Assembly (NCBI GenBank): GCA_002189035.1
Contig: NEEC01000042.1
Span: forward strand, 1 to 64,000
DNA: 64,000 bases
Source of the DNA: Utricularia gibba
Lineage: Eukaryota > Plantae > Magnoliophyta
Reading direction: 5' to 3'
The position numbers and the translations under genes were made by a program. Shown piece by piece: positions 20,201-34,000 of this stretch. The notes under the pieces are model-generated. The model searched no databases. It saw only the letters and a program-made list of their open reading frames with translations, and had not been told where the DNA came from. Position 1 is the stretch's first letter, and every line of letters begins with the position of its first letter.

Positions 20201-22059
20201 GGTAAGAGGAACCGGAAAAAGGTCAGCTTAGGCTTGGGCCGAAAGTAAGTTGTAGCCCGGCAAATAAAGTGATGTATTTATTAAGGTTCGGTTTTCGGGG
20301 TTGCCAACATGGTTTTTAAAGGAACAGCTTCTCGTTTTGTGGCGCCCTGTATCGCATGGAACTTGGTCCGGGCCCCTAATTCTTTATGGCTCATGAGGAC
20401 AAAAGGATGCAATTCGATGAATACAATGATGCATTTGTTTAAATTACGATATCACGTGCACCCTACATGATTTTTTCAACAACTTACTTTATACTTGAGG
20501 AGGTGGTCTTCGGGGTAAGAGGAACCGGAAAAAGGTCAGCTTAGGCTTGGGCCGAAAGTAAGTTGTAGCCCGGCAAATAAAGTGATGTATTTATTAAGGT
20601 TCGGTTTTCGGGGTTGCCAACATGGTTTTTAAAGGAACAGCTTCTCGTTTTGTGGCGCCCTGTATCGCATGGAACTTGGTCCGGGCCCCTAATTCTTTAT
20701 GGCTCATGAGGACAAAAGTATGCAAATCGATGAAAAAAATGATGCATTTGTTTAAATTACGATATCACGTGCACCCTACATGATTTTTTCAAACACTTAC
20801 TTTATACTTGAGGAGGTGGTCTTGGGGGCAAGAGGAACCGGACAAAGGTCAGCTTAGGCTTGGGCCGAAAGTAAGTTGTAGCCCGTCAAAGAAAGTGATG
20901 TATTTATTAACATTCAGTTTTCGGGGGCTGCCTACATGGTTTTTCAAGGAACATATTCTCGTTTTTTGGCGGCTAGTCTCATTGGGAACCTGGTCCTAGA
21001 CCCCGATTCTGTATGGCTCATGGGGTCAACCGGATGCAAATCGATGAATACAATGATGCATTTGTTTAAATTGCGATATCACGTGCACCCTACATCATTT
21101 TTCAACAACGTACTTTATACTTGAGGAGGTGGTCTTGGGGGGGAGAGGAACCGGACAAAGGTTAGTTAGGCTTTGGCCGAAAGTAAGTTGTAGCCCGGCA
21201 AAGAAAGTGATGTATTTATTAACATTCCGTTTTCGGGGGCTGCCTACATGGTTTTTCAAGGAATATCTTTCGTTTTGTGGCGGCCAGTCTCACTAGGAAC
21301 TTGGTCCGGGCCCCCGATTCTTTATGGCTCATGAGTACAAAGGATGCAGTTCGATGAATACAATGATGCATTTGTTTAAATTACGATATCACGTGCACCC
21401 TACATGATTTTTTCAACAACTTACTTTATACTTGAGGAGGTGGTCTTCGGGGTAAGAGGAACCGGAAAAAGGTCAGCTTAGGCTTGGGCCGAAAGTATGT
21501 CTTAGCCCGGCAAATAAAGTGATGTATTTCTTAACGATCGGTTTTCGGGGTTGCCAACATGGTTTTTAAAGGAACAGCTTCTCGTTTTGTGGCGCCAGTA
21601 TCGCAAGGAACTTGGTCCGGGCCCCTGATTCTTTATGGCTCATGAGGACAAAAGAATGCAAATCGATGAAAAAAATGATGCATATGTTTAAATTACGATA
21701 TCACGTGCACCCTACATGATTTTTTCAACAACTAACTTTATACTTGAGGAGGTGGTCTTGGGGGGCAAGTGGAACCGGACAAAAGTCAGCATAGGCTTTG
21801 GCCGAAAGTAAGTTGTAGCCCGGCAAAGAAAGTGATGTATTTATTAAGGTTCGGTTTTCGGGGTTGCCAACATGGTTTTTAAAGGAACAGCTTCTCGTTT
21901 TGTGGCAGCCTGTATCGCAAGGAACTCGGTCCGGGCCCCTGATTCTTTATGGCTCATGAGGACAAAGGGATGCAAATCGATGAAAAAAATGATGCATTTG
22001 TTTAAATTACGATATCACGTGCACCCTACATGATTTTTTCAAAAACATACTTTATACTT
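8218..22059. repeat. Satellite domain 1: variants B (CCTAGACCCC/GGGTCAACCGG), G (CCTTTACTGG/GAAATTGGACC), E (GGCGCCCTGTATCGCATGG) and F (GAATATCTT/CACTAGG), often as a ~1.25-kb B-G-E-F tetramer
   Basis: B monomers at ~10140, 11390, 14063, 14690, 15940, 17185, 19062, 19685, 20936. Spacings are multiples of ~312, often ~1250. Confidence 0.75.
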
Positions 22060-25000
22060 GAGGAGGTGGTGTTCCGGGGCAAGAGGAACCGGAAAAAGGT
22101 CAGCTTAGGCTTGGGCCGAAAGTAAGTTTTATCCCGGCAAAGAAAGTGATGTATTTATTAACGTTCGGTTTTCGGGGTTGCCTACATGGTTTTTCAACGA
22201 AATGCTTCTCGTTTTGTGGCGGCCGCTCTCGCAGGGAACTTGGTCCGGGCCCCCGATGCTATATGGCTCATGAGGTCAACCAGATGCAAATCGATGAAGA
22301 CAAGCATGCTTTTTTTTTTAATTACGATATCACGTGCAGCCCACATGATTTTTTCAACAACTTACTTTATACTTGAGGAGGCGGTCTTGGGATGCACCTG
22401 GAACGGGATAAAGGTCAGGTTGGGCTTTGCCAGAGAGTTAGTTGTAGCCCGGCAAAGAAAGTGTTGTATTTATTAACGTTCGGTTTTCGGGGTTGCCTAC
22501 ATGGTTTTTCAACGAAAAGCTTCTCGTTTTGTGGCGGCCGCTCTCGCAGGGAACTTGGTCCGGGCCCCCGATGCTATATGGCTCATGAGGTCAACCAGAT
22601 GCAAATCGATGAAGACAAGCATGCTTTTTTTTAATTACGATATCACGTGCAGCCCACATGATTTTTTCAACAACTTACTTTATACTTGAGGAGGCGGTCT
22701 TGGGGTGCACCTGGAACGGGATAAAGGTCAGGTTGGGCTTTGCCAGAGAGTTAGTTGTAGCCCGGCAAAGAAAGTGTTGTATTTATTAACGTTCGGTTTT
22801 CGGGGTTGCCTACATGGTTTTTCAACGAAAAGCTTCTCGTTTTGTGGCGGCCGCTCTCGCAGGGAACTTGGTCCGGGCCCCTGATGCTATATGGCTCATG
22901 AGGTCAACCAGATGCAAATCGATGAAGACAAGCATGCTTTTTTTTTAATTACGATATCACGTGCAGCCCACATGATTTTTTCAACAACTTACTTTATACT
23001 TGAGGAGGCGGTCTTGGGGTGCACCTGGAACGGGATAAAGGTCAGGTTGGGCTTTGCCAGAGAGTTAGTTGTAGCCCGGCAAAGAAAGTGTTGTATTTAT
23101 CAAGGTTCGGTTTTCGGGGTTGCCAACATGGTTTTTCAAGGAACAGCTTCTCGTTTTGTGGCGGCCGCTCTCGCAGGGAACTTGGTCCGGGCCCCCGATG
23201 CTATATGGCTCATGAGGTCAACCAGATGCAAATCGATGAAGACAAGCATGCTTTTTTTTAATTACGATATCACGTGCACCCACATGATTTTTTCAACAAC
23301 TTACTTTATACTTGAGGAGGCGGTCTTGGGGTGCACCTGGAACGGGATAAAGGTCAGCTTAGGCTGGGCCGAAAGTAAGTTGTAGCCCGGCAAAGAAAGT
23401 GATGTATTTATCAAGGTTCGGTTTTCGGGGTTGCCAACATGGTTTTTCAAGGAACAGCTTCTCGTTTTGTGGCGGCCAGTATCGCAAGAAACTTGGTCCG
23501 GGCGCCGGATTCTTTATGGCTCATGAGGACAAAAGTATGCAAATCGATGAAAAAAATGATGCATTTGTTTAAATTACGATATCACGTGCACCCTACATGA
23601 TTTTTTCAAACACTTACTTTATACTTGAGGAGGTGGTCTTGGGGGCAAGAGGAACCGGACAAAGGTCAGCTTAGGCTTGGGCCGAAAGTAAGTTGTAGCC
23701 CGCAAAGAAAGTGATGTATTTATTAACATTCAGTTTTCGGGGGCTGCCTACATGGTTTTTCAAGGAACATATTCTCGTTTTTTGGCGGCTAGTCTCATTG
23801 GGAACCTGGTCCTAGACCCCGATTCTGTATGGCTCATGGGGTCAACCGGATGCAAATCGATGAATACAATGATGCATTTGTTTAAATTGCGATATCACGT
23901 GCACCCTACATCATTTTTTCAACAACGTACTTTATACTTGAGGAGGTGGTCTTGGGGGGGAGAGGAACCGGACAAAGGTTAGCATAGGCTTTGGTCGAAA
24001 GTAAGTTGTAGCCCGGCAAAGAAAGTGATGTATGTATTTACGTTCGGTTTTCGGGGTTGCCTACATGGTTTTTTAACGAAAAGCTTCTCGTTTTGTGGCG
24101 GCCGTCTCGCAGGGAACTTGGTCCGGGCCCCCGATTCTATATGGCTCATGAGGTCAACCAGATGCAAATCGATGAAGACAAGATGCTTTTTTTTAATTAC
24201 GATATCACGTGCACCCACATGATTTTTTCAACAACTTACTTTATACTTGAGGAGGCGGTCTTGGGGTGCACCTGGAACGGATAAAGGTCAGGTGGGCTTT
24301 GCCAGAAGTTAGTTGTAGCCCGGCAAAGAAAGTGTTGTATTTATTAACGTTCGGTTTTCGGGTTGCCTACATGGTTTTTTAACGAAAAGCTTCTCGTTTT
24401 GTGGCGGCCGCTCTCGCAGGGAACTTGGTCCGGGCCCCTGATGCTATATGGCTCATGAGGTCAACCAGATGCAAATCGATGAAGACAAGCATGCTTTTTT
24501 TTTAATTACGATATCACGTGCAGCCCACATGATTTTTTCAACAACTTACTTTATACTTGAGGAGGCGGTCTTGGGGTGCACCTGGAACGGGATAAAGGTC
24601 AGGTTGGGCTTTGCCAGAGAGTTAGTTGTAGCCCGGCAAAGAAAGTGTTGTATTTATCAAGGTTCGGTTTTCGGGGTTGCCAACATGGTTTTTCAAGGAA
24701 CAGCTTCTCGTTTTGTGGCGGCCGCTCTCGCAGGGAACTTGGTCCGGGCCCCCGATGCTATATGGCTCATGAGGTCAACCAGATGCAAATCGATGAAGAC
24801 AAGCATGCTTTTTTTTTAATTACGATATCACGTGCAGCCCACATGATTTTTTCAACAACTTACTTTATACTTGAGGAGGCGGTCTTGGGGTGCACCTGGA
24901 ACGGGATAAAGGTCAGCTTAGGCTGGGCCGAAAGTAAGTTGTAGCCCGGCAAAGAAAGTGATGTATTTATCAAGGTTCGGTTTTCGGGGTTGCCAACATG

Positions 25001-28000
25001 GTTTTTCAAGGAACAGCTTCTCGTTTTGTGGCGGCCAGTATCGCAAGAAACTTGGTCCGGGCGCCTGATTCTTTATGGCTCATGAGGACAAAAGTATGCA
25101 AATCGATGAAAAAATGATGCATTTGTTTAAATTACGATATCACGTGCACCCTACATGATTTTTTCAAACACTTACTTTATACTTGAGGAGGTGGTCTTGG
25201 GGGCAAGAGGAACCGGACAAAGGTCAGCTTAGGCTTGGGCCGAAAGTAAGTTGTAGCCCGTCAAAGAAAGTGATGTATTTATTAACATTCGTTTTCGGGG
25301 GCTGCCTACATGGTTTTTCAAGGAACATATTCTCGTTTTTTGGCGGCTAGTCTCATTGGGAACCTGGTCCTAGACCCCGATTCTGTATGGCTCATGGGGT
25401 CAACCGGATGCAAATCGATGAATACAATGATGCATTTGTTTAAATTGCGATATCACGTGCACCCTACATCATTTTTTCAACAACGTACTTTATACTTGAG
25501 GAGGTGGTCTTGGGGGGGGAGAGGAACCGGACAAAGGTTAGCATAGGCTTTGGTCGAAAGTTAGTTGTAGCCCGGCAAAGAAAAGTGATGTATTATTTAC
25601 GTTCGGTTTTCGGGTTTGCCTACATGGTTTTTCAACGAAAAGCTTCTCGTTTTGTGGCGGCCGCTCTCGCAGGGAACTTGGTCCGGGCCCCCGATGCTAT
25701 ATGGCTCATGAGGTCAACCAGATGCAAATCGATGAAGACAAGCATGCTTTTTTTTAATTACGATATCACGTGCAGCCCACATGATTTTTTCAACAACTTA
25801 CTTTATACTTGAGGAGGCGGTCTTGGGGTGCACCTGGAACGGGATAAAGGTCAGGTTGGGCTTTGCCAGAGAGTTAGTTGTAGCCCGGCAAAGAAAGTGT
25901 TGTATTTATTAACGTTCGGTTTTCGGGTTGCCTACATGGTTTTTCAACGAAAAGCTTCTCGTTTTGTGGCGGCCGCTCTCGCAGGGAACTTGGTCCGGGC
26001 CCCGATGCTATATGGCTCATGAGGTCAACAGATGCAAATCGATGAAGACAAGCATGCTTTTTTTTTAATTACGATATCACGTGCAGCCCACATGATTTTT
26101 TCAACAACTTACTTTATACTTGAGGAGGCGGTCTTGGGGTGCACCTGGAACGGGATAAAGGTCAGGTTGGGCTTTGCCAGAGAGTTAGTTGTAGCCCGGC
26201 AAAGAAAGTGTTGTATTTATCAAGGTTCGGTTTTCGGGGTTGCCAACATGGTTTTTCAAGGAACAGCTTCTCGTTTTGTGGCGGCCAGTATCGCAAGAAC
26301 TTGGTCCGGGCGCCTGATTCTTTATGGCTCATGAGGACAAAAGTATGCAAATCGATGAAAAAAATGATGCATTTGTTTAAATTACGATATCACGTGCACC
26401 CTACATGATTTTTTCAAACACTTACTTTATACTTGAGGAGGTGGTCTTGGGGGCAAGAGGAACCGGACAAAGGTCAGCTTAGGCTTGGGCCGAAAGTAAG
26501 TTGTAGCCCGCAAAGAAAGTGATGTATTTATTAACATTCAGTTTTCGGGGGCTGCCTACATGGTTTTTCAAGGAACATATTCTCGTTTTTTGGCGGCTAG
26601 TCTCATTGGGAACCTGGTCCTAGACCCCGATTCTGTATGGCTCATGGGGTCAACCGGATGCAAATCGATGAATACAATGATGCATTTGTTTAAATTGCGA
26701 TATCACGTGCACCCTACATCATTTTTTCAACAACGTACTTTATACTTGAGGAGGTGGTCTTGGGGGGGAGAGGAACCGGACAAAGGTTAGCATAGGCTTT
26801 GGTCGAAAGTTAGTTGTAGCCCGGCAAAGAAAAGTGATGTATGTATTTACGTTCGGTTTTCGGGGATGCTTACATGGTTTTTCAAGGAACAACTTCTCCT
26901 TTAGTGGCGGCCAGTCTCGCTAGGAACTTGGTCCGGGCCCCTGATTCTTTATGGCTCATGAGGACAAAAGGATGCAAATCGATGAATACAATGATGCATT
27001 TGTTTAAATTACGATATCACGTGCACCCCACATCATTTTTTCAACAACTTACTTCATACTTGATGAGGTGGTCTTGGGAGGCAAGAGGAACCGGACAAAG
27101 GTCAGCTTAGGCTTGGGCCGAAAGTAAGTTATAGCCCGGCAAATAAAGTGAAGTATTTATTAACATTCGGTTTTCGAGGTTGCCTACATGGTTTTTCAAG
27201 GAACAACTTCTCCTTTAGTGGCGGCCAGTCTCGCTAGGAACTTGGTCCGGGCCCCTGATTCTTTATGGCTCAAGAGGACAAAAGGATGCAAATCGATGAA
27301 TACAATGATGCATTTGTTTAAATTACGATATCACGTGCACCCCACATCATTTTTTCAACAACTTACTTTATACTTGAAGAGGCGGTCTTGGGGTGCACCT
27401 AGAACGGGACAAAGGTCAGGTTGGGCTTTGCCAGAGAGTTAGTTGTAGCCCGGCAAAGAAAGTGATGTATTTATTAACGTTCGGTTTTCGGGGTTGCCTA
27501 CATGGTTTTTCAACGAAAGCTTCTCGTTTTGTGGCGGCCGCTCTCGCAGGGAACTTGGTCCGGGCCCCCGATGCTATATGGCTCATGAGGTCAACCAGAT
27601 GCAAATCGATGAAGACAAGCATGCTTTTTTTTTAATTACGATATCACGTGCAGCCCACATGATTTTTTCAACAACTTACTTTATACTTGAGGAGGCGGTC
27701 TTGGGGTGCACCTGGAACGGGATAAAGGTCAGGTTGGGCTTTGCCAGAAGTTAGTTGTAGCCCGGCAAAGAAAGTGATGTATTTATCAAGGTTCGGTTTT
27801 CGGGGTTGCCAACATGGTTTTTCAAGGAACAGCTTCTCGTTTTGTGGCGGCCAGTATCGCAAGAACTTGGTCCGGGCGCCTGATTCTTTATGGCTCATGA
27901 GGACAAAAGTATGCAAATCGATGAAAAAAATGATGCATTTGTTTAAATTACGATATCACGTGCACCCTACATGATTTTTTCAAACACTTACTTTATACTT

Positions 28001-31000
28001 GAGGAGGTGGTCTTGGGGGCAAGAGGAACCGGACAAAGGTCAGCTTAGGCTTGGGCCGAAAGTAAGTTGTAGCCCGCAAAGAAAGTGATGTATTTATTAA
28101 CATTCTGTTTTCGGGGGCTGCCTACATGGTTTTTCAAGGAACATATTCTCGTTTTTTGGCGGCTAGTCTCATTGGGAACCTGGTCCTAGACCCCGATTCT
28201 GTATGGCTCATGGGGTCAACCGGATGCAAATCGATGAATACAATGATGCATTTGTTTAAATTGCGATATCACGTGCACCCTACATCATTTTTTCAACAAC
28301 GTACTTTATACTTGAGGAGGTGGTCTTGGGGGGGAGAGGAACCGGACAAAGGTTAGCATAGGCTTGGTCGAAAGTTAGTTGTAGCCCGGCAAAGAAAAGT
28401 GATGTATGTATTTACGTTCGGTTTTCGGGGATGCTACATGGTTTTTCAAGGAACAACTTCTCCTTTAGTGGCGGCCAGTCTCGCTAGGAACTTGGTCCGG
28501 GCCCCTGATTCTTTATGGCTCATGAGGACAAAAGGATGCAAATCGATGAATACAATGATGCATTTGTTTAAATTACGATATCACGTGCACCCCACATCAT
28601 TTTTTCAACAACTTACTTTATACTTGAAGAGGCGGTCTTGGGTGCACCTAGAACGGGACAAAGGTCAGGTTGGGCTTTGCCAGAGAGTTAGTTGTAGCCC
28701 GGCAAAGAAAGTGATGTATTTATTAACGTTCGGTTTTCGGGGTTGCCTACATGGTTTTTCAACGAAAGCTTCTCGTTTTGTGGCGGCCGCTCTCGCAGGG
28801 AACTTGGTCCGGGCCCCGATGCTATATGGCTCATGAGGTCAACCAGATGCAAATCGATGAAGACAAGCATGCTTTTTTTTTAATTACGATATCACGTGCA
28901 GCCCACATGATTTTTTCAACAACTTACTTTATACTTGAGGAGGCGGTCTTGGGGTGCACCTGGAACGGGATAAAGGTCAGCTTAGGCTTGCCGAAAGTAA
29001 GTTGTAGCCCGGCAAAGAAAGTGATGTATTTATCAAGGTTCGGTTTTCGGGGTTGCCAACATGGTTTTTCAAGGAACAGCTTCTCGTTTTGTGGCGGCCA
29101 GTCTCGCAAGAACTTGGTCCGGGCGCCTGATTCTTTATGGCTCATGAGGACAAAAGATGCAAATCGATGAAAAAAATGATGCATTTGTTTAAATTACGAT
29201 ATCACGTGCACCCTACATGATTTTTTCAAACACTTACTTTATACTTGAGGAGGTGGTCTTGGGGGCAAGAGGAACCGGACAAAGGTCAGCTTAGGCTTGG
29301 GCCGAAAGTAAGTTGTAGCCCGCAAAGAAAGTGATGTATTTATTAACATTCGGTTTTCGGGGGCTGCCTACATGGTTTTTCAAGGAACATATTCTCGTTT
29401 TTTGGCGGCTAGTCTCATTGGGAACCTGGTCCTAGACCCCGATTCTGTATGGCTCATGGGGTCAACCGGATGCAAATCGATGAATACAATGATGCATTTG
29501 TTTAAATTACGATATCACGTGCACCCACATCATTTTTTCAACAACTTACTTTATACTTGAGGAGGTGGTCTTGGGGGGGAGAGGAACCGGACAAAGGTTA
29601 GCATAGGCTTTGGTCGAAAGTAAGTTGTAGCCCGGCAAAGAAAAGTGATGTATGTATTTACGTTCGGTTTTCGGGTTGCCTACATGGTTTTTCAAGGAAC
29701 AACTTCTCCTTTAGTGGCGGCCAGTCTCGCTAGGAACTTGGTCCGGGCCCCTGATTCTTTATGGCTCAAGAGGACAAAAGGATGCAAATCGATGAATACA
29801 ATGATGCATTTGTTTAAATTACGATATCACGTGCACCCCACATCATTTTTTCAACAACTTACTTTATACTTGAGAGGCGGTCTTGGGGTGCACCTAGAAC
29901 GGGACAAAGGTCAGGTTGGGCTTTGCCAGAGAGTTAGTTGTAGCCCGGCAAAGAAAGTGATGTATTTATTAACGTTCGGTTTTCGGGGTTGCCTACATGG
30001 TTTTTCAACGAAAGCTTCTCGTTTTGTGGCGGCCGCTCTCGCAGGGAACTTGGTCCGGGCCCCGATGCTATATGGCTCATGAGGTCAACCAGATGCAAAT
30101 CGATGAAGACAAGCATGCTTTTTTTTTAATTACGATATCACGTGCAGCCCACATGATTTTTTCAACAACTTACTTTATACTTGAGGAGGCGGTCTTGGGG
30201 TGCACCTGGAACGGGATAAAGGTCAGCTTAGGCTGGGCCGAAAGTAAGTTGTAGCCCGGCAAAGAAAGTGATGTATTTATCAAGGTTCGGTTTTCGGGGT
30301 TGCCAACATGGTTTTTCAAGGAACAGCTTCTCGTTTTGTGGCGGCCAGTATCGCAAGAAACTTGGTCCGGGCGCCTGATTCTTTATGGCTCATGAGGACA
30401 AAAGTATGCAAATCGATGAAAAAAATGATGCATTTGTTTAAATTACGATATCACGTGCACCCTACATGATTTTTTCAAAACACTTACTTTATACTTGAGG
30501 AGGTGGTCTTGGGGGGCAAGAGGAACCGGACAAAGGTCAGCTTAGGCTTGGGCCGAAAGTAAGTTGTAGCCCGGCAAAGAAAGTGATGTATTTATTAACA
30601 TTCAGTTTTCGGGGCTGCCTACATGGTTTTTCAAGGAACATATTCTCGTTTTTTGGCGGCTAGTCTCATTGGGAACCTGGTCCTAGACCCCGATTCTGTA
30701 TGGCTCATGGGTCAACCGGATGCAAATCGATGAATACAATGATGCATTTGTTTAAATTGCGATATCACGTGCACCCTACATCATTTTTTCAACAACGTAC
30801 TTTATACTTGAGGAGGTGGTCTTGGGGGGGAGAGGAACCGGACAAAGGTTAGCATAGGCTTTGGCCGAAAGTAAGTTGTAGCCCGGCAAAGAAAGTGATA
30901 TATGTATTTACGTTCGGTTTTCGGGTTGCCTACATGGTTTTTCAAGGAACAACTTCTCCTTTAGTGGCGGCCAGTCTCGCTAGGAACTTGGTCCGGGCCC

Positions 31001-34000
31001 CTGATTCTTTATGGCTCAAGAGGACAAAAGGATGCAAATCGATGAATACAATGATGCATTTGTTTAAATTACGATATCACGTGCACCCACATCATTTTTT
31101 CAACAACTTACTTTATACTTGAAGAGGCGGTCTTGGGGTGCACCTAGAACGGGACAAAGGTCAGGTTGGGCTTTGCCAGAGAGTTAGTTGTAGCCCGGCA
31201 AAGAAAGTGATGTATTTATTAACGTTCGGTTTTCGGGGTTGCCTACATGGTTTTTCAACGAAAGCTTCTCGTTTTGTGGCGGCCGCTCTCGCAGGGAACT
31301 TGGTCCGGGCCCCCGATGCTATATGGCTCATGAGGTCAACCAGATGCAAATCGATGAAGACAAGCATGCTTTTTTTTTTAATTACGATATCACGTGCAGC
31401 CCACATGATTTTTTCAACAACTTACTTTATACTTGAGGAGGCGGTCTTGGGTGCACCTGGAACGGGATAAAGGTCAGGTTGGGCTTTGCCAGAGAGTTAG
31501 TTGTAGCCCGGCAAAGAAAGTGATGTATTTATTAACGTTCGGTTTTCGGGGTTGCCTACATGGTTTTTCAAGGAAAAGCTTCTCGTTTTGTGGCGGCCGC
31601 TCTCGCAGGGAACTTGGTCCGGGCCCCCGATGCTATATGGCTCATGAGGTCAACCAGATGCAAATCGATGAAGACAAGCATGCTTTTTTTTTTAATTACG
31701 ATATCACGTGCAGCCCACATGATTTTTTCAACAACTTACTTTATACTTGAGGAGGCGGTCTTGGGGTGCACCTGAACGGGATAAAGGTCAGTTGGGCTTT
31801 GCCGAGAGTTAGTTGTAGCCCGGCAAAGAAAGTGATGTATTTATCAAGGTTCGGTTTTCGGGGTTGCCAACATGGTTTTTCAAGGAACAGCTTCTCGTTT
31901 TGTGGCGGCCAGTATCGCAAGAACTTGGTCCGGGCGCCTGATTCTTTATGGCTCATGAGGACAAAAGATGCAAATCGATGAAAAAATGATGCATTTGTTT
32001 AAATTACGATATCACGTGCACCCTACATGATTTTTTCAACAACTTACTTTATACTTGAGGAGGTGCTCTTGGGGGGCAAGAGGAACCGGACAAAGGTCAG
32101 CTTAGGCTTGGCCGAAAGTAAGTTGTAGCCCGGCAAAGAAAGTGATGTATTTATTAACGTTCGGTTTTCGGGGCTGCCTACATGGTTTTTCAAGGAACAT
32201 ATTCTCGTTTTTTGGCGGCTAGTCTCATTGGGAACCTGGTCCTAGACCCCGATTCTTATGGCTCATGGGGTCAACCGGATGCAAATCGATGAATACAATG
32301 ATGCATTTGTTTAAATTACGATATCACGTGCACCCCACATCATTTTTTCAACAACGTACTTTATACTTGAGGAGGTGGTCTTGGGGGCAAGAGGAACCGG
32401 ACAAGGTCAGCTTAGGCTTGGGCCGAAAGTAAGTTGTAGCCCGGCAAAAAAGTGAAGTATTTATTAACGTTCGGTTTTCGGGTTGCCTACATGGTTTTTC
32501 AAGGAACAACTTCTCCTTTAGTGGCGGCCAGTCTCGCTAGGAACTTGGTCCGGGCCCCTGATTCTTTATGGCTCAAGAGGACAAAAGGATGCAAATCGAT
32601 GAATACAATGATGCATTTGTTTAAATTACGATATCACGTGCACCCCACATCATTTTTTCAACAACTTACTTTATACTTGAAGAGGCGGTCTTGGGGTGCA
32701 CCTAGAACGGGACAAAGGTCAGGTTGGGCTTTGCCAGAGAGTTAGTTGTAGCCCGGCAAAGAAAGTGATGTATTTATTAACGTTCGGTTTTCGGGTTGCC
32801 TACATGGTTTTTCAACGAAAAGCTTCTCGTTTTGTGGCGGCCGCTCTCGCAGGGAACTTGGTCCGGGCCCCCGATGCTATATGGCTCATGAGGTCAACCA
32901 GATGCAAATCGATGAAGACAAGCATGCTTTTTTTTTTAATTACGATATCACGTGCAGCCCACATGATTTTTTCAACAACTTACTTTATACTTGAGGAGGC
33001 GGTCTTGGGTGCACCTGGAACGGGATAAAGGTCAGGTTGGGCTTTGCCAGAGAGTTAGTTGTAGCCCGGCAAAGAAAGTGTTGTATTTATTAACGTTCGG
33101 TTTTCGGGTTGCCTACATGGTTTTTCAACGAAAAGCTTCTCGTTTTGTGGCGGCCGCTCTCGCAGGGAACTTGGTCCGGGCCCCGATGCTATATGGCTCA
33201 TGAGGTCAACCAGATGCAAATCGATGAAGACAAGCATGCTTTTTTTTAATTACGATATCACGTGCAGCCCACATGATTTTTTCAACAACTTACTTTATAC
33301 TTGAGGAGGCGGTCTTGGGGTGCACCTAGAACGGGACAAAGGTCAGGTTGGGCTTTGCCAGAGAGTTAGTTGTAGCCCGGCAAAGAAAGTGATGTATTTA
33401 TCAAGGTTCGGTTTTCGGGGTTGCCAACATGGTTTTTCAAGGAACAGCTTCTCGTTTTGTGGCGGCCGCTCTCGCAGGGAACTTGGTCCGGGCCCCCGAT
33501 GCTATATGGCTCATGAGGTCAACCAGATGCAAATCGATGAAGACAAGCATGCTTTTTTTTTTAATTACGATATCACGTGCAGCCCACATGATTTTTTCAA
33601 CAACTTACTTTATACTTGAGGAGGCGGTCTTGGGGTGCACCTGGAACGGGATAAAGGTCAGCTTAGGCATGGGCCGAAAGTAAGTTGTAGCCCGGCAAAG
33701 AAAGTGATGTATTTATCAAGGTTCGGTTTTCGGGGTTGCCAACATGGTTTTTCAAGGAACAGCTTCTCGTTTTGTGGCGGCCAGTATCGCAAGAAACTTG
33801 GTCCGGGCGCCTGATTCTTTATGGCTCATGAGGACAAAAGTATGCAAATCGATGAAAAAAATGATGCATTTGTTTAAATTACGATATCACGTGCACCCTA
33901 CATGATTTTTTCAAACACTTACTTTATACTTGAGGAGGTGGTCTTGGGGGGCAAGAGGAACCGGACAAAGGTCAGCTTAGGCTTGGGCCGAAAGTAAGTT

